From: an uncultured Chryseobacterium sp.
GTDB taxonomy: Bacteria > Bacteroidota > Bacteroidia > UBA10329
Direction of reading: 5' to 3'
NCBI GenBank assembly: GCA_964457245.1
Contig: CAYWET010000014.1
Coordinates: 14,917-78,916 of the forward strand
Length of the DNA stretch: 64,000 bases
In this document: in pieces, positions 1-9,237 of the stretch
Position numbering within the stretch: position 1 is the first letter of the stretch
Layout: every line of letters starts with the position of its first letter
Translations under genes and position numbers: made by a program
The notes under the pieces: model-generated
The model's database searches: none
Told to the model about the DNA's origin: nothing
What the model saw: the letters and a program-made list of their open reading frames with translations, nothing else

Positions 1-591
1 GATAGTGGCGCCATGTATCGCGCCATTACGCTTTTCGCCATCGAAAACGGTTTGGCAAGCAAGGAACATGTTGACGAACAGGGCTTGATTGCGGAGCTCG
101 ATAACATCGATATCGACCTTAAGTATAATCCCGAAACGCAAGCGGTTACGACTTTCCTAAATGGGAAGAATGTGGAAGAGGAGATACGCACCATGCGGGT
201 TTCTGAGGTTGTGAGTTACGTGAGTGTGATTAAGGAAGTGCGTGCCAAGTTGCGTTCAATGCAGCAGGAATGGGGCAAACGTGGTGGTGTGGTTATGGAC
301 GGACGAGATATTGGAACGGCCGTTTTTCCAAATGCGGAATTAAAGATCTTTATGACGGCTTCACCTGAAGTGCGCGCACAACGAAGGTTCGATGAGCTGA
401 AAGCCAAAGGCAAAAAGGTGTCGTTGGAAGAGGTACGCGACAACCTCGTTTCACGCGATCAAGAAGACACTACTCGAAAGGAAAACCCACTCATTCAAGC
501 AGAAGATGCTGTGGTGCTTGATAATTCTGACTTGACGCCAGAAGAGCAATTAGAAATGGCTCTGGAGTGGGTTCGGGAGAGAACGGTTTGA
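1..591 (+). CDS. cmk: cytidylate kinase, 5' end truncated by the window edge (the listed ORF at 13 is an internal Met; the P-loop N-terminus is missing)
   Basis: Motifs GRDIGTAVFPNAELKIFMTASPEVRAQRR and an NMP-kinase lid region; reading frame 1 is open from position 1. Confidence 0.85.
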   Translation, partial: DSGAMYRAITLFAIENGLASKEHVDEQGLIAELDNIDIDLKYNPETQAVTTFLNGKNVEEEIRTMRVSEVVSYVSVIKEVRAKLRSMQQEWGKRGGVVMDGRDIGTAVFPNAELKIFMTASPEVRAQRRFDELKAKGKKVSLEEVRDNLVSRDQEDTTRKENPLIQAEDAVVLDNSDLTPEEQLEMALEWVRERTV

Positions 592-641
592 TCGAAGAAC
601 GTTATTGCGAGCGAGGAACGAGCGCGGCAATCTCCTTCGGG

Positions 642-944
642 TTAGAACTGATTAACAATGTCAGGAAAAAGGTCGTTCCACTCTGGGTTTAGCCCATTAA
701 TTAATTCTTCTTTCGATTTTCTTGAACCAGCCTTGATCTGTTTCTCGCGGGCTATTGCTTCCTCAATTCGATGAAAACCTTGATAATAAACCAAACTATC
801 AATGTTGTAACGGGCGGTAAATGATTTGGAATGAACTCGATTCTTGTGTTCCTGAATACGTTTAATGAGATTAGAAGTAACCCCAACGTAAAGAACGGTT
901 CTGTGCTTGTTGGTCATGATGTAAACGTAACCGCCTCGTTTCAT
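642..944 (-). CDS. small standalone GIY-YIG nuclease family protein
   Basis: GYVYIMTN...LYVGVTSNLIKRIQEH matches the GIY-YIG core (Y-I-M, Y-V-G, R, E). Confidence 0.7.
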   Translation of the reverse strand: MKRGGYVYIMTNKHRTVLYVGVTSNLIKRIQEHKNRVHSKSFTARYNIDSLVYYQGFHRIEEAIAREKQIKAGSRKSKEELINGLNPEWNDLFPDIVNQF

Positions 945-1041
945 TCAAGGCTAAATTAATGAACTGCTAAACTGAAGGAGATTGCCACGAAATTCTTGCT
1001 GAATTTCTCACAATGACGTTGGGAGTTTGAAGTGTCGTAGG

Positions 1042-2283
1042 CTAAGCCGTCTCCAACTCCCCAATCACAGCCTCAATCTCCCGACTTTCATTGAAATACG
1101 TAAGCACCTTTTGAAGCACGCGGTCAACAACCGCATCTGGGCAAGAAGCACCGCTGGTCAAAGCAATTTTTAGCGGTCGGTTGGTTTTGGGTAAGAAGCT
1201 TTCGGATTGCTCAATTTTTCCATCATGGAAATTGAAATGATCCACGCTGCCGTTTTCTTTCAGGTCGTTTTCAGAACTGATGAAATAGGTTGGGAATTTC
1301 TCTTCCAGTAATTCCACCAAATGCGAAGTATTGGAGCTGTTGTAACCGCCCACCACAATAGCTAGGTCAACATCGGTTTCCATCAATCCCAGCGTGGCCG
1401 ATTGGTTGTCGTTGGTAGCGTAGCAAAGCGTGTCGCGGGTATCGGCAAAATGTTCTTTGTAATTCGATTCTCCGAATTTCTCCACCATTACATTTTTAAG
1501 ATGGTCGGCAATGGCCTGCGTTTCGGTTGCTAGCATGGTAGTTTGGTTGACGACACCAACTCTATCAAAATGAATGTTCGGGTCAAAACCTTCGGAAGCT
1601 CGTTCTCTGAAACGAGACTCAAATTCATCCATTGGGCGTTTGCCCAGAATGATCTCGCCTAGAATCTGCGCTTCATTCATATCCTTTATAACAACCGAAG
1701 GCGCATTCTGGTAACTGTGAGAAAAAGTGGCACGGGTTTCCTCGTGCTTCTGCTTTCCGTGAATGATGACCGTAAAATCATCTTCTCCCAATTTGGCTGA
1801 ACGCTTCCAAACCTTCTCCACAAACGGACAAGTGGTATTGTACTTCTCTGGCTGAATGCCCTTTTCTTTTAGAAGGTTTTCAATTTCAACCGTAGTTCCA
1901 AAAGCAGGTGTAATGACCACATCATTGGCAGAAATCTCATCCCAAGGAATGAGCTGATTACCATAGGTGTCCATAATGAATTGAATGCCATGTCCTTGCA
2001 GGTCATCATTCACCGCAGGGTTGTGAATCATCTGACTGAGCAGATAGATTTTCTTGCCTGGGTTTTCGCTCAACGCGCGATAAGAAATCTCAATGGCGTT
2101 CTCCACACCATAGCAGAATCCGAAATGCCTTGCGATGTAAAACTGAACAGGTCCGAAATCCAACACGGTAGGAGTGAAGTCCTGCTTGCGTGGGTCTTTT
2201 GCCTTACGCATCTCCTTTATAGGTCCAATTATCGGACTGCGGTAGAACTCAGGTATATCGAACTTCTTCATCTGCGGCTGCAA
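1042..2283 (-). CDS. ispH: 4-hydroxy-3-methylbut-2-enyl diphosphate reductase, long form (413 aa) with an N-terminal extension
   Basis: Conserved LytB/IspH blocks (CYGVENAI, NQTTML, TSGASCPD, LAIVVGGYNSSNTSHL). Confidence 0.85.
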   Translation of the reverse strand: MQPQMKKFDIPEFYRSPIIGPIKEMRKAKDPRKQDFTPTVLDFGPVQFYIARHFGFCYGVENAIEISYRALSENPGKKIYLLSQMIHNPAVNDDLQGHGIQFIMDTYGNQLIPWDEISANDVVITPAFGTTVEIENLLKEKGIQPEKYNTTCPFVEKVWKRSAKLGEDDFTVIIHGKQKHEETRATFSHSYQNAPSVVIKDMNEAQILGEIILGKRPMDEFESRFRERASEGFDPNIHFDRVGVVNQTTMLATETQAIADHLKNVMVEKFGESNYKEHFADTRDTLCYATNDNQSATLGLMETDVDLAIVVGGYNSSNTSHLVELLEEKFPTYFISSENDLKENGSVDHFNFHDGKIEQSESFLPKTNRPLKIALTSGASCPDAVVDRVLQKVLTYFNESREIEAVIGELETA

Positions 2284-2345
2284 AGGTAAACAACACCTTC
2301 GCGGATTGTTCGTTGATGCATGGTGAATTCACTAAAAGAAAACAC

Positions 2346-2353
2346 TATCTTTG
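2346..2353 (+). promoter_or_regulatory. candidate Bacteroidota -7 promoter box (TATCTTTG = TAnnTTTG) upstream of rpsA
   Basis: Exact TAnnTTTG match about 95 nt upstream of the rpsA ATG; the -33 TTG spacing is not ideal. Confidence 0.25.
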
Positions 2354-2448
2354 CGCGCCCAAAACTGGGAGGCTCTTCCCGAACAAGAGCTAAACAAAAA
2401 CAATCTCTCGGCATTATCGGGAACGCTGAGATACAAATCTGACCACTA

Positions 2449-2830
2449 ATGGCAGAAGAAAAAAAAGAGGCAACTGAAGAGAAAAAAGTTGCCGCAGAGG
2501 CTAAAGCTGAAGAAGCTCCAAAAGCCAAGAAAACCACCAAAAAAGCAGCTCCAAAGAAAAAGGTCGAAGATGCTGAGCCTGTCGAAGCACCTAAGCCAAA
2601 AGCTGAAAAAGCTGAGGAGAAAAAAGAGGCTAAAAAGCCAGCCGCTAAAAAGAAAGCTGCTCCTAAGAAGGAAGAGAAAGTAGAAGAGGTTAAGGAGGAA
2701 ACTCCAGCAGAAGAAGCTGCTCCAGTTGCTGAGGCAAAGGAAGAAGCTCCAGCTGCAGAAGCTGCTACTGAAGAGCAAAAAGAAGAAAAGAAGCCTGAGC
2801 CACGTAAGCCAGCTGAGCGTCCAGCCGATT
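2449..2830 (+). repeat. low-complexity AG-rich coding repeat (AKKAAPKKE-type motifs) encoding the S1 N-terminal tail
   Basis: Reiterated aaagc(t/a)gaagaagctcc / aagaaa motifs; the alternative frames give K/R-rich and F/S/L-rich artefact ORFs. Confidence 0.7.
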
Positions 2831-4593
2831 TTGATTGGAGTGCAATTGGTAAGCGTCAGGAAGTTTACGCTGAAGATGAGCGTCAGAAAATGGAGGCGAT
2901 GTACGATGAGACAATCACTTCATTCAACACGCATGATGTTCTTGATGGAACTATCATCGAAAAGACCAAGAAAGACTTCATCGTTACTATCGGTGGAAAA
3001 TCTGAAGGTGCTGTTCCTCTAAGCGAAACTCGCTACAACCAAGAGTTGGAAGTGGGTAATGCTATTGAGGTTTACATTGAGAAAGTAGAAGATAAGGACG
3101 GCCAGTTGGTGCTTTCGCACAAGAAGGCGCGTGCATTGCGTTCTTGGGAGCGTGTAAACGAGGCGCTTGAGAAAGACGAAGTTATCCGAGGTCAGATCAA
3201 GTGCAGAACCAAAGGTGGTCTTATTGCCGATGTATTCGGAATTGAGGCATTCCTTCCAGGTTCACAGATCGATGTTAAGCCTATCCGCGATTACGATCAG
3301 TATGTTGGTAAGACCATGGAGTTCAAAGTGGTTAAAATCAATAACGAGTACAAAAACGTTGTCGTTTCGCACAAAGCGCTTATCCAAGAAGAGCTTGAAG
3401 CTCAGAAGAAAGAGATCATCGGTAAGCTTGAAAAAGGTCAGATTCTTGAAGGAACGGTTAAGAACATCACTTCTTACGGTGTGTTCATCGACCTTGGAGG
3501 TGTTGACGGACTTATCCACATCACTGACCTTTCTTGGGGACGTATCAACCATCCAGAGGAAATCGTTGAGTTGGATCAGAAGATCAACGTAGTAATACTT
3601 GACTTCGATGATGATAAGAAGCGAATCGCGCTTGGTCTTAAGCAGTTGAGCCAGCACCCTTGGGATGCTATGACTGAAGACATCAACGTTGGTGATAAAG
3701 TGAAAGGAAAAGTTGTTGTAGTTGCTGATTACGGTGCGTTCATTGAGATTGCTGCTGGTGTAGAAGGACTACTTCACGTTTCTGAAATGAGCTGGTCGCA
3801 GCACTTGAGAAGCGCACAAGACTTCTGCAACGTAGGCGATGAAGTAGAATGTGTTGTTCTTACTCTTGATAAAGAAGAGCGCAAGATGTCTTTGGGTATG
3901 AAGCAATTGATGCCAGACCCATGGGCAGACATCATGACCAAGTATCCAGTTGGATCACAGCACACTTCTAAAGTGAGAAGCTTCACCAATTTCGGAATCT
4001 TCGTTGAGTTGGAAGAAGGTGTTGATGGACTTGTACACATTTCTGACCTTTCTTGGGCTAAGAAGATCAAGCACCCATCTGAGTTCACAAGCATTGGCGC
4101 TGAACTAGAAGTTCAAGTGCTAGAGATTGATGCTGAGAACAGAAGATTGAGCCTAGGTCACAAGCAATTGGAAGAGAATCCATGGGATGTGTTCGAAACT
4201 GTCTTTACAATTGACAGCACGCACCAGGGAACAGTTACCAGTGCTAATGATAAAGGTGCTACTGTTGCGCTTCCTTACGGTGTTGAAGGATTCTGTCCAA
4301 AGCGTCACATGGTTAAAGAAGACGGAACAGACGTTAAGGTTGATGAAACCGTTGATTTCCAAGTGATCGAGTTCAACAAGGACAGCAGAAGAATTCTTGT
4401 TTCTCACGGTAAGACGCATTCTGATGAAGGCTTCGAGACACGTGAAGACAGAGAGCGAGGCAAGAAAGCTGCCAGCGCTGCTGCTAGTCGTGGTGTGAAG
4501 AAAGTTCAGCAGAACCAAGAGAAAACCACGCTTGGTGATCTTGATGCACTTGCTGATCTTAAGTCTAAGTTGGAAGACAACGAGAAGAAGTAA
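2449..4593 (+). CDS. rpsA: 30S ribosomal protein S1 with an unusual Lys/Ala/Glu-rich N-terminal extension of about 120 aa
   Basis: Repeated S1 domains (GxV, HxS/D motifs, FGxFVxL) across 714 aa, followed by a strong terminator. Confidence 0.9.
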   Translation: MAEEKKEATEEKKVAAEAKAEEAPKAKKTTKKAAPKKKVEDAEPVEAPKPKAEKAEEKKEAKKPAAKKKAAPKKEEKVEEVKEETPAEEAAPVAEAKEEAPAAEAATEEQKEEKKPEPRKPAERPADFDWSAIGKRQEVYAEDERQKMEAMYDETITSFNTHDVLDGTIIEKTKKDFIVTIGGKSEGAVPLSETRYNQELEVGNAIEVYIEKVEDKDGQLVLSHKKARALRSWERVNEALEKDEVIRGQIKCRTKGGLIADVFGIEAFLPGSQIDVKPIRDYDQYVGKTMEFKVVKINNEYKNVVVSHKALIQEELEAQKKEIIGKLEKGQILEGTVKNITSYGVFIDLGGVDGLIHITDLSWGRINHPEEIVELDQKINVVILDFDDDKKRIALGLKQLSQHPWDAMTEDINVGDKVKGKVVVVADYGAFIEIAAGVEGLLHVSEMSWSQHLRSAQDFCNVGDEVECVVLTLDKEERKMSLGMKQLMPDPWADIMTKYPVGSQHTSKVRSFTNFGIFVELEEGVDGLVHISDLSWAKKIKHPSEFTSIGAELEVQVLEIDAENRRLSLGHKQLEENPWDVFETVFTIDSTHQGTVTSANDKGATVALPYGVEGFCPKRHMVKEDGTDVKVDETVDFQVIEFNKDSRRILVSHGKTHSDEGFETREDRERGKKAASAAASRGVKKVQQNQEKTTLGDLDALADLKSKLEDNEKK

Positions 4594-4615
4594 TCACTTC
4601 AATTATGAAATGAAA

Positions 4616-4643
4616 GACCCCCGATTTTCGGGGGTTTTTTTTT
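4616..4643 (+). terminator. rho-independent terminator after rpsA
   Basis: cccccga-ttt-tcggggg perfect 7-bp stem followed by T9. Confidence 0.8.
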
Positions 4644-4675
4644 ACCCGTACACCATGTATCTTTGCCGCTGTTAA

Positions 4676-5227
4676 ATGAGCATTGAGTCGCGAATAATCT
4701 TAGACAGTAAGCAGCTCAATCTTTCTATTGAGAGAATCTGCTATCAGCTCATTGAAAATCACAACGATTTTTCAGATACGGTTCTGGTTGGTCTTCAGCC
4801 GCGCGGAGTTTTTGTTGCGCAGAGAATTCAGGAACGGCTCAAGGAATTGGTCGGAACAGATATTCAAACAGGTTCCCTTGACGTCACTTTCAATCGTGAT
4901 GATCACCGTAGGAGAGAAGCACCGCTGATTCCGTCTAAGACAAAAATGGACTTCCTGATAGAAGGAAAGAATGTCATTATGATAGATGATGTGCTTTTTA
5001 CCGGAAGAACAATCCGTGCTGGTATGGACGCGATGCTTGCATTCGGTAGACCAAAAGTTGTGGAACTGGTGGTTTTGGTTGATCGAAGATTCAGTAGACA
5101 GCTACCAATTGAACCGAATTATGTTGGTGCAAGAATAGACACTATTGTTTCTGAAAGGGTAGAGGTTGCTCTTAAGGAAAGCGGTGGAAATGATACAGTT
5201 ATACTTTATTCAGGAGAAAAAGAATGA
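4676..5227 (+). CDS. pyrR: bifunctional pyr operon regulator / uracil phosphoribosyltransferase
   Basis: PRTase motif VIMIDDVLFTGRTIRA; 183 aa; overlaps the downstream pyrB start (ATGA). Confidence 0.85.
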   Translation: MSIESRIILDSKQLNLSIERICYQLIENHNDFSDTVLVGLQPRGVFVAQRIQERLKELVGTDIQTGSLDVTFNRDDHRRREAPLIPSKTKMDFLIEGKNVIMIDDVLFTGRTIRAGMDAMLAFGRPKVVELVVLVDRRFSRQLPIEPNYVGARIDTIVSERVEVALKESGGNDTVILYSGEKE

Positions 5228-6153
5228 GCGGATTATCGGTAAAACATCTTCTTGGCATCAAGTACATCACCAAAGAGGATATTGAACTGATTTTTGAAAC
5301 TGCCGATAATTTCAAGCAGGTCATAAATAGACCAATTAAAAAGGTTCCTTCACTACGCGACATAACTATCGCCAATCTGTTCTTCGAGAATTCTACTAGA
5401 ACAAAGCTTTCATTCGAATTAGCTGAAAAGCGCCTTTCAGCAGATGTGATCAACTTTTCAGCATCTGGTTCATCAGTGAAGAAAGGAGAAACGCTTCTCG
5501 ATACAGTCAACAATATCTTGGCCATGAAAGTGGATATGGTTGTGATGCGCCATCCTTTGCCAGGAGCAGGTCAATTCCTCTCAAGAAATATTGATGCTGT
5601 AATCGTAAATGCTGGTGACGGCACGCATGAGCACCCAACACAAGGTTTGTTAGATGCTTACTCAATTAGAGAAAAACTTGGTGAGGTAACGGGGAAAAAA
5701 GTGGTGATCGTTGGAGATATCCTGCATTCGAGAGTAGCACTGTCCAATATTTATGCGCTTCAAAAGCTTGGGGCGGAGGTGAAAGTCTGTGGTCCAGCAA
5801 CGCTCATCCCGAAACACATTGAATCTCTTGGGGTTAGCTACGAACCAAACTTGATTAAAGCGCTTGAGTGGTGTGATGTGGCCAATATGCTACGAATCCA
5901 AATGGAAAGGCTAGATGTGCAATATTTCCCATCGTTACGCGAATACACACTGCAATACGGATTGAACAAGCAGATATTGACCAATCTCGACAAGGAAATA
6001 ACGGTGATGCACCCTGGGCCAATCAACCGAGGTGTGGAAATTACATCCGATGTAGCGGATAGTAATCAGGCCATTATCCTTCCTCAAGTAGAAAACGGAG
6101 TTGCTGTTAGAATGGCGGTTTTATACCTATTGGCAGGAAAAATTGACCAATAA
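5224..6153 (+). CDS. pyrB: aspartate carbamoyltransferase catalytic subunit
   Basis: STRTKLSFE, HPTQGLLD and HPGP motifs. Confidence 0.9.
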   Translation: MSGLSVKHLLGIKYITKEDIELIFETADNFKQVINRPIKKVPSLRDITIANLFFENSTRTKLSFELAEKRLSADVINFSASGSSVKKGETLLDTVNNILAMKVDMVVMRHPLPGAGQFLSRNIDAVIVNAGDGTHEHPTQGLLDAYSIREKLGEVTGKKVVIVGDILHSRVALSNIYALQKLGAEVKVCGPATLIPKHIESLGVSYEPNLIKALEWCDVANMLRIQMERLDVQYFPSLREYTLQYGLNKQILTNLDKEITVMHPGPINRGVEITSDVADSNQAIILPQVENGVAVRMAVLYLLAGKIDQ

Positions 6154-6224
6154 GCGTTGATGGAAGTGAATTTGCCATTACCTTTCGCCATCGAAAATTT
6201 GATAGATTTGCAACAAACCTCAAG

Positions 6225-6605
6225 TTGAACATGAACTTCGAGATAGAAAAAAAAGATAATTACGCGGTAGTAAAGGTGAAGGTTGAGAAGTTGGATAGTC
6301 AAATATCCCCTTCTTTGAAATCTGAACTTGTAGTGTTGAACGCTGATGAGTTCAAGAATATTATCATCGACCTAACGGACACACGATATTGCGATAGCTC
6401 GGGACTTAGCGCCATTTTGGTTGCTAACCGATTGTGTAAGAATTCAGGTGGTTCGTTTGTTTTGTGCGGACTACAACGTTCGGTTTCAAAGCTGATTTCC
6501 ATTTCACAATTGGACACAATTCTTAACATAACCCCAACATTGGACGAGGCGGTAGATTTCCTAGCTTTGGAGTCAGTAGAAAAGAACCTCGGTTCAGAAG
6601 AGTAA
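6225..6605 (+). CDS. STAS-domain anti-sigma-factor antagonist (SpoIIAA-like)
   Basis: 126 aa; the DLTDTRYCDSSGLSAIL block is typical of the STAS phospho-serine region. Confidence 0.7.
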   Translation: MNMNFEIEKKDNYAVVKVKVEKLDSQISPSLKSELVVLNADEFKNIIIDLTDTRYCDSSGLSAILVANRLCKNSGGSFVLCGLQRSVSKLISISQLDTILNITPTLDEAVDFLALESVEKNLGSEE

Positions 6606-6646
6606 TCAATAAGTAAATCCTAACTAATCATATATAAAAACAAGTC

Positions 6647-7543
6647 ATGAAAAAAATTCTACTTACAATTTTTTCAGGTGTACTATTAGCTGGTACAGCA
6701 AGTGCTCAGTGTACTCCTGACCCTGCATATGCAAATGAAGAATTCGGTCTTTGGCCAGATAGTACTGAGTTTGTTGATGAGAACGGTGCCATGGCTGGCG
6801 TTAATTACGAAACTGTCATAGACATCAAAACTTTAAGAGATACAACCACCACTGCTACCGTGTTCGGTACGACAAACACGTTTATAATTCATTTTAAGGC
6901 ATTTAGAATTAATGAAGTTCAAGGAATACCTAATTCTGGATTTACCTACACAATGGATGGTCCAACAGTAAATAACGAACAATGGGTAAATAATTTTGCA
7001 ACTCAAGCTGATACTGCATCTTATGAAGCGGTGCAAGGTTGCTTGCAAATAACAGCTGCTGCTGCTGATGTAACTACTGCAGCACCGGGTTCAGGCTATA
7101 CCGATTACCCACTTACGGTTATCGTGGATGCTCAAGTTGGTAATTCAAGTGTATTGAATTCTCAACTAAAAGATAAGTGGTTGTCAGAATTGAATGCATT
7201 AGCGCCAAGTATTGATGCAATTCCGATTACTGACTACGTGATTAGAGTTCATGCAGCTGCAGGTGTTACTGAGATGTTGAATGTTAACAAATTTGATGTT
7301 GCACAAAGCTTTCCGAATCCTGCATCTGATTTTGCTACTATTTCATTTACTACTCCGCAACCTACGAATGTGGAAGTTAAGGTTTACAATATGTTGGGTA
7401 GTTTGGTTCACAATGCTGATGTGTTGGCGGAGAAAGGAATTAATGATTACAAATTGAATACCAATCAATTATCTTCTGGTCTCTACGTTTACACAGTATC
7501 TAACGGTACTAAAACATTTACGCAGAAGATGACTGTAAAGTAA
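6647..7543 (+). CDS. secreted protein of unknown function with a T9SS type-A C-terminal sorting domain
   Basis: N-terminal signal peptide; C-terminal FPNPASDF...VKVYNMLGSLV...SGLYVYTV...QKMTVK Por_Secre_tail pattern. Confidence 0.7.
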   Translation: MKKILLTIFSGVLLAGTASAQCTPDPAYANEEFGLWPDSTEFVDENGAMAGVNYETVIDIKTLRDTTTTATVFGTTNTFIIHFKAFRINEVQGIPNSGFTYTMDGPTVNNEQWVNNFATQADTASYEAVQGCLQITAAAADVTTAAPGSGYTDYPLTVIVDAQVGNSSVLNSQLKDKWLSELNALAPSIDAIPITDYVIRVHAAAGVTEMLNVNKFDVAQSFPNPASDFATISFTTPQPTNVEVKVYNMLGSLVHNADVLAEKGINDYKLNTNQLSSGLYVYTVSNGTKTFTQKMTVK

Positions 7544-7566
7544 TCTGAGCTAACGAATGATTTCGA

Positions 7567-7603
7567 AAAGCCTTGGCGAAACTTCGTCAAGGCTTTTCTT
7601 TTA
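7567..7603 (+). terminator. rho-independent terminator after the T9SS cargo gene
   Basis: aaagccttg / caaggcttt 9-bp stem with an internal mini-hairpin, then ttttctttt. Confidence 0.6.
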
Positions 7604-7821
7604 CATGCCCGACCTACCAGAATATGACAATCACCGCTTTCTTGTAACCATTCAGATACTTTTTCAGTATAACGTCATCAAAGATGATGGAAGAAAGTAA
7701 CAGTTTCCGTATTACGTTTGTCGAAGATGCCTTTATTTATCTAGGTTCGGCAAGATTGTCTTGCATTGGAGGTTCCTGCTAATTTTTGTTACTTGCACAA
7801 CACATTAACCACGAATAGGTC

Positions 7822-8739
7822 ATGATAAAAACAAACACACTTAACAGGCTGCTGAGCTTAGTAGGCGCTGCTGCTTTTGCCACCGTTTTCATGGTAGGTT
7901 GCGTTTCTGATGTGAAGAAGGAAGGAGATGGAGGCGAGGAGCCTAAATCGGAGGTTGACTCTTCTGGAACTAAATTGATGTCGATTGGTGGAAGCATGTT
8001 CAGTATTCCTTCACCAATTCAAACAGCCATCCTGATTGAGAAATCTGGTTCAGATTACAATAAAGGATTTTTAAATGAAGCGAAGAAGGTGACCACATAC
8101 GCCACCAATTATCAGAAAGCGCTAAATCTTGGTGTTTATGGTGCGGACGTAGGTTACGTTACCATTTACGATCAAAGTCAGGATGCGCTTAAATACCTAG
8201 GCGTCATCAATAAATTGTCTGATGAGCTCGGAATTACTGGGGCCTTTGATGAAAGCACTATTAAACGTTTCGAGAATAATTTCGGAAAGCGTGATTCAAT
8301 GCTGAATTTGGTTGCAGTTGCGTATAGAAATGCAGATGCATTTCTTAAAGACAATGACAGGCTGAATGTTGGAGCTTTGGTACTTGCAGGAGGTTGGATA
8401 GAGACTTTGTATTTCTCAACTCAAATTGCTGCAAAAGATGGTAATCAAGACGTGATTAATCGAATAGGTGAACAGAAGTACACTCTGAATAATATTGTGA
8501 AGATGCTCACGCCTTACTACAATCAACCGGAGTACGATGTATTGCTTGATGAGCTAATTGAGCTAGCTTATGATTTTGATGCCATCGATATTCAGTACAC
8601 TTACGAGAAGCCAGAGGTCGATATTGCTAACAAAACAACCAAAATCAATAGTTCTACCAAGGTTGTTATCACACCTGAACATCTTCAGGCAATTGCAGAC
8701 AGAGTTGAAAAGATTAGAAACCAAATAGTCGGCCAGTAA
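7822..8739 (+). CDS. lipoprotein of unknown function
   Basis: Lipobox FMVGC near the N-terminus; 305 aa; stop overlaps the next start (ATGA). Confidence 0.5.
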   Translation: MIKTNTLNRLLSLVGAAAFATVFMVGCVSDVKKEGDGGEEPKSEVDSSGTKLMSIGGSMFSIPSPIQTAILIEKSGSDYNKGFLNEAKKVTTYATNYQKALNLGVYGADVGYVTIYDQSQDALKYLGVINKLSDELGITGAFDESTIKRFENNFGKRDSMLNLVAVAYRNADAFLKDNDRLNVGALVLAGGWIETLYFSTQIAAKDGNQDVINRIGEQKYTLNNIVKMLTPYYNQPEYDVLLDELIELAYDFDAIDIQYTYEKPEVDIANKTTKINSSTKVVITPEHLQAIADRVEKIRNQIVGQ

Positions 8740-9167
8740 TGAGAACAAAGACCCTTAAAATATTTGTGGCATCCCTAATTTTGGGATTGGCCTATGTTGG
8801 AAGTGCCTCAGCGCAATGTGATTCCATAGCAAAAATCTGTTCGGAGAAAGTTACGGCCGATTACATTTCGGATGGTCAGTCTTATCGGGCGCTTCTTAAC
8901 GGAGATCAGGTAGCAGAATTCAGAGCTACTTTCTATGGTGGAAGTACATATAGAATTGCTGGTTGTAGTGGTTTTACGGATGGTAATCTCATTTTCGAGA
9001 TTTACGATGAAGACCACAATCAATTGTTTGCCAGTAGTGACTACAAGAATACTCCATATTGGGACTTTGATTTTGGCTCTACCGTGGACTGTACAATTGA
9101 AGCTAAATTAAATACCGTAAACGTTAAATCTGGCTGTGCCACGATGGTCATCGGATTTAAACAGTAG
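8739..9167 (+). CDS. small secreted Cys-containing protein of unknown function
   Basis: Signal peptide ending SASAQC; 142 aa; several spaced Cys; translationally coupled to the upstream lipoprotein. Confidence 0.5.
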   Translation: MRTKTLKIFVASLILGLAYVGSASAQCDSIAKICSEKVTADYISDGQSYRALLNGDQVAEFRATFYGGSTYRIAGCSGFTDGNLIFEIYDEDHNQLFASSDYKNTPYWDFDFGSTVDCTIEAKLNTVNVKSGCATMVIGFKQ

Positions 9168-9192
9168 ATATTGCGCGAATCGCGTAACCTAG

Positions 9193-9230
9193 GACCTCAT
9201 TACAACGTTGTAGTGAGGTCTTCTTTTTTT
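9193..9230 (+). terminator. strong rho-independent terminator only 8 nt upstream of the ABC transporter ATG
   Basis: gacctcattaca-acgt-tgtagtgaggtc (11 of 12 bp stem) followed by ttcttttttt. Confidence 0.75.
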
Positions 9231-9237
9231 ATAGCCA

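Noticed and set aside
1981-2289. A 102-aa plus-strand ORF inside ispH
   Set aside because: It is fully antisense to a conserved, well-supported gene and has no motifs.
2268-2540. A 90-aa minus-strand ORF spanning the ispH-rpsA intergenic region
   Set aside because: It crosses a promoter region and the start of a strongly supported gene, and no motif is present.
2446-2778. A 110-aa F/S/L-rich minus-strand ORF and a 64-aa K/R-rich +2 frame ORF (2489-2683) over the 5' end of rpsA
   Set aside because: Both are alternative-frame artefacts of the AG-rich, low-complexity coding repeat that encodes the S1 N-terminal tail. Their composition is non-protein-like and they lie inside a high-confidence gene.
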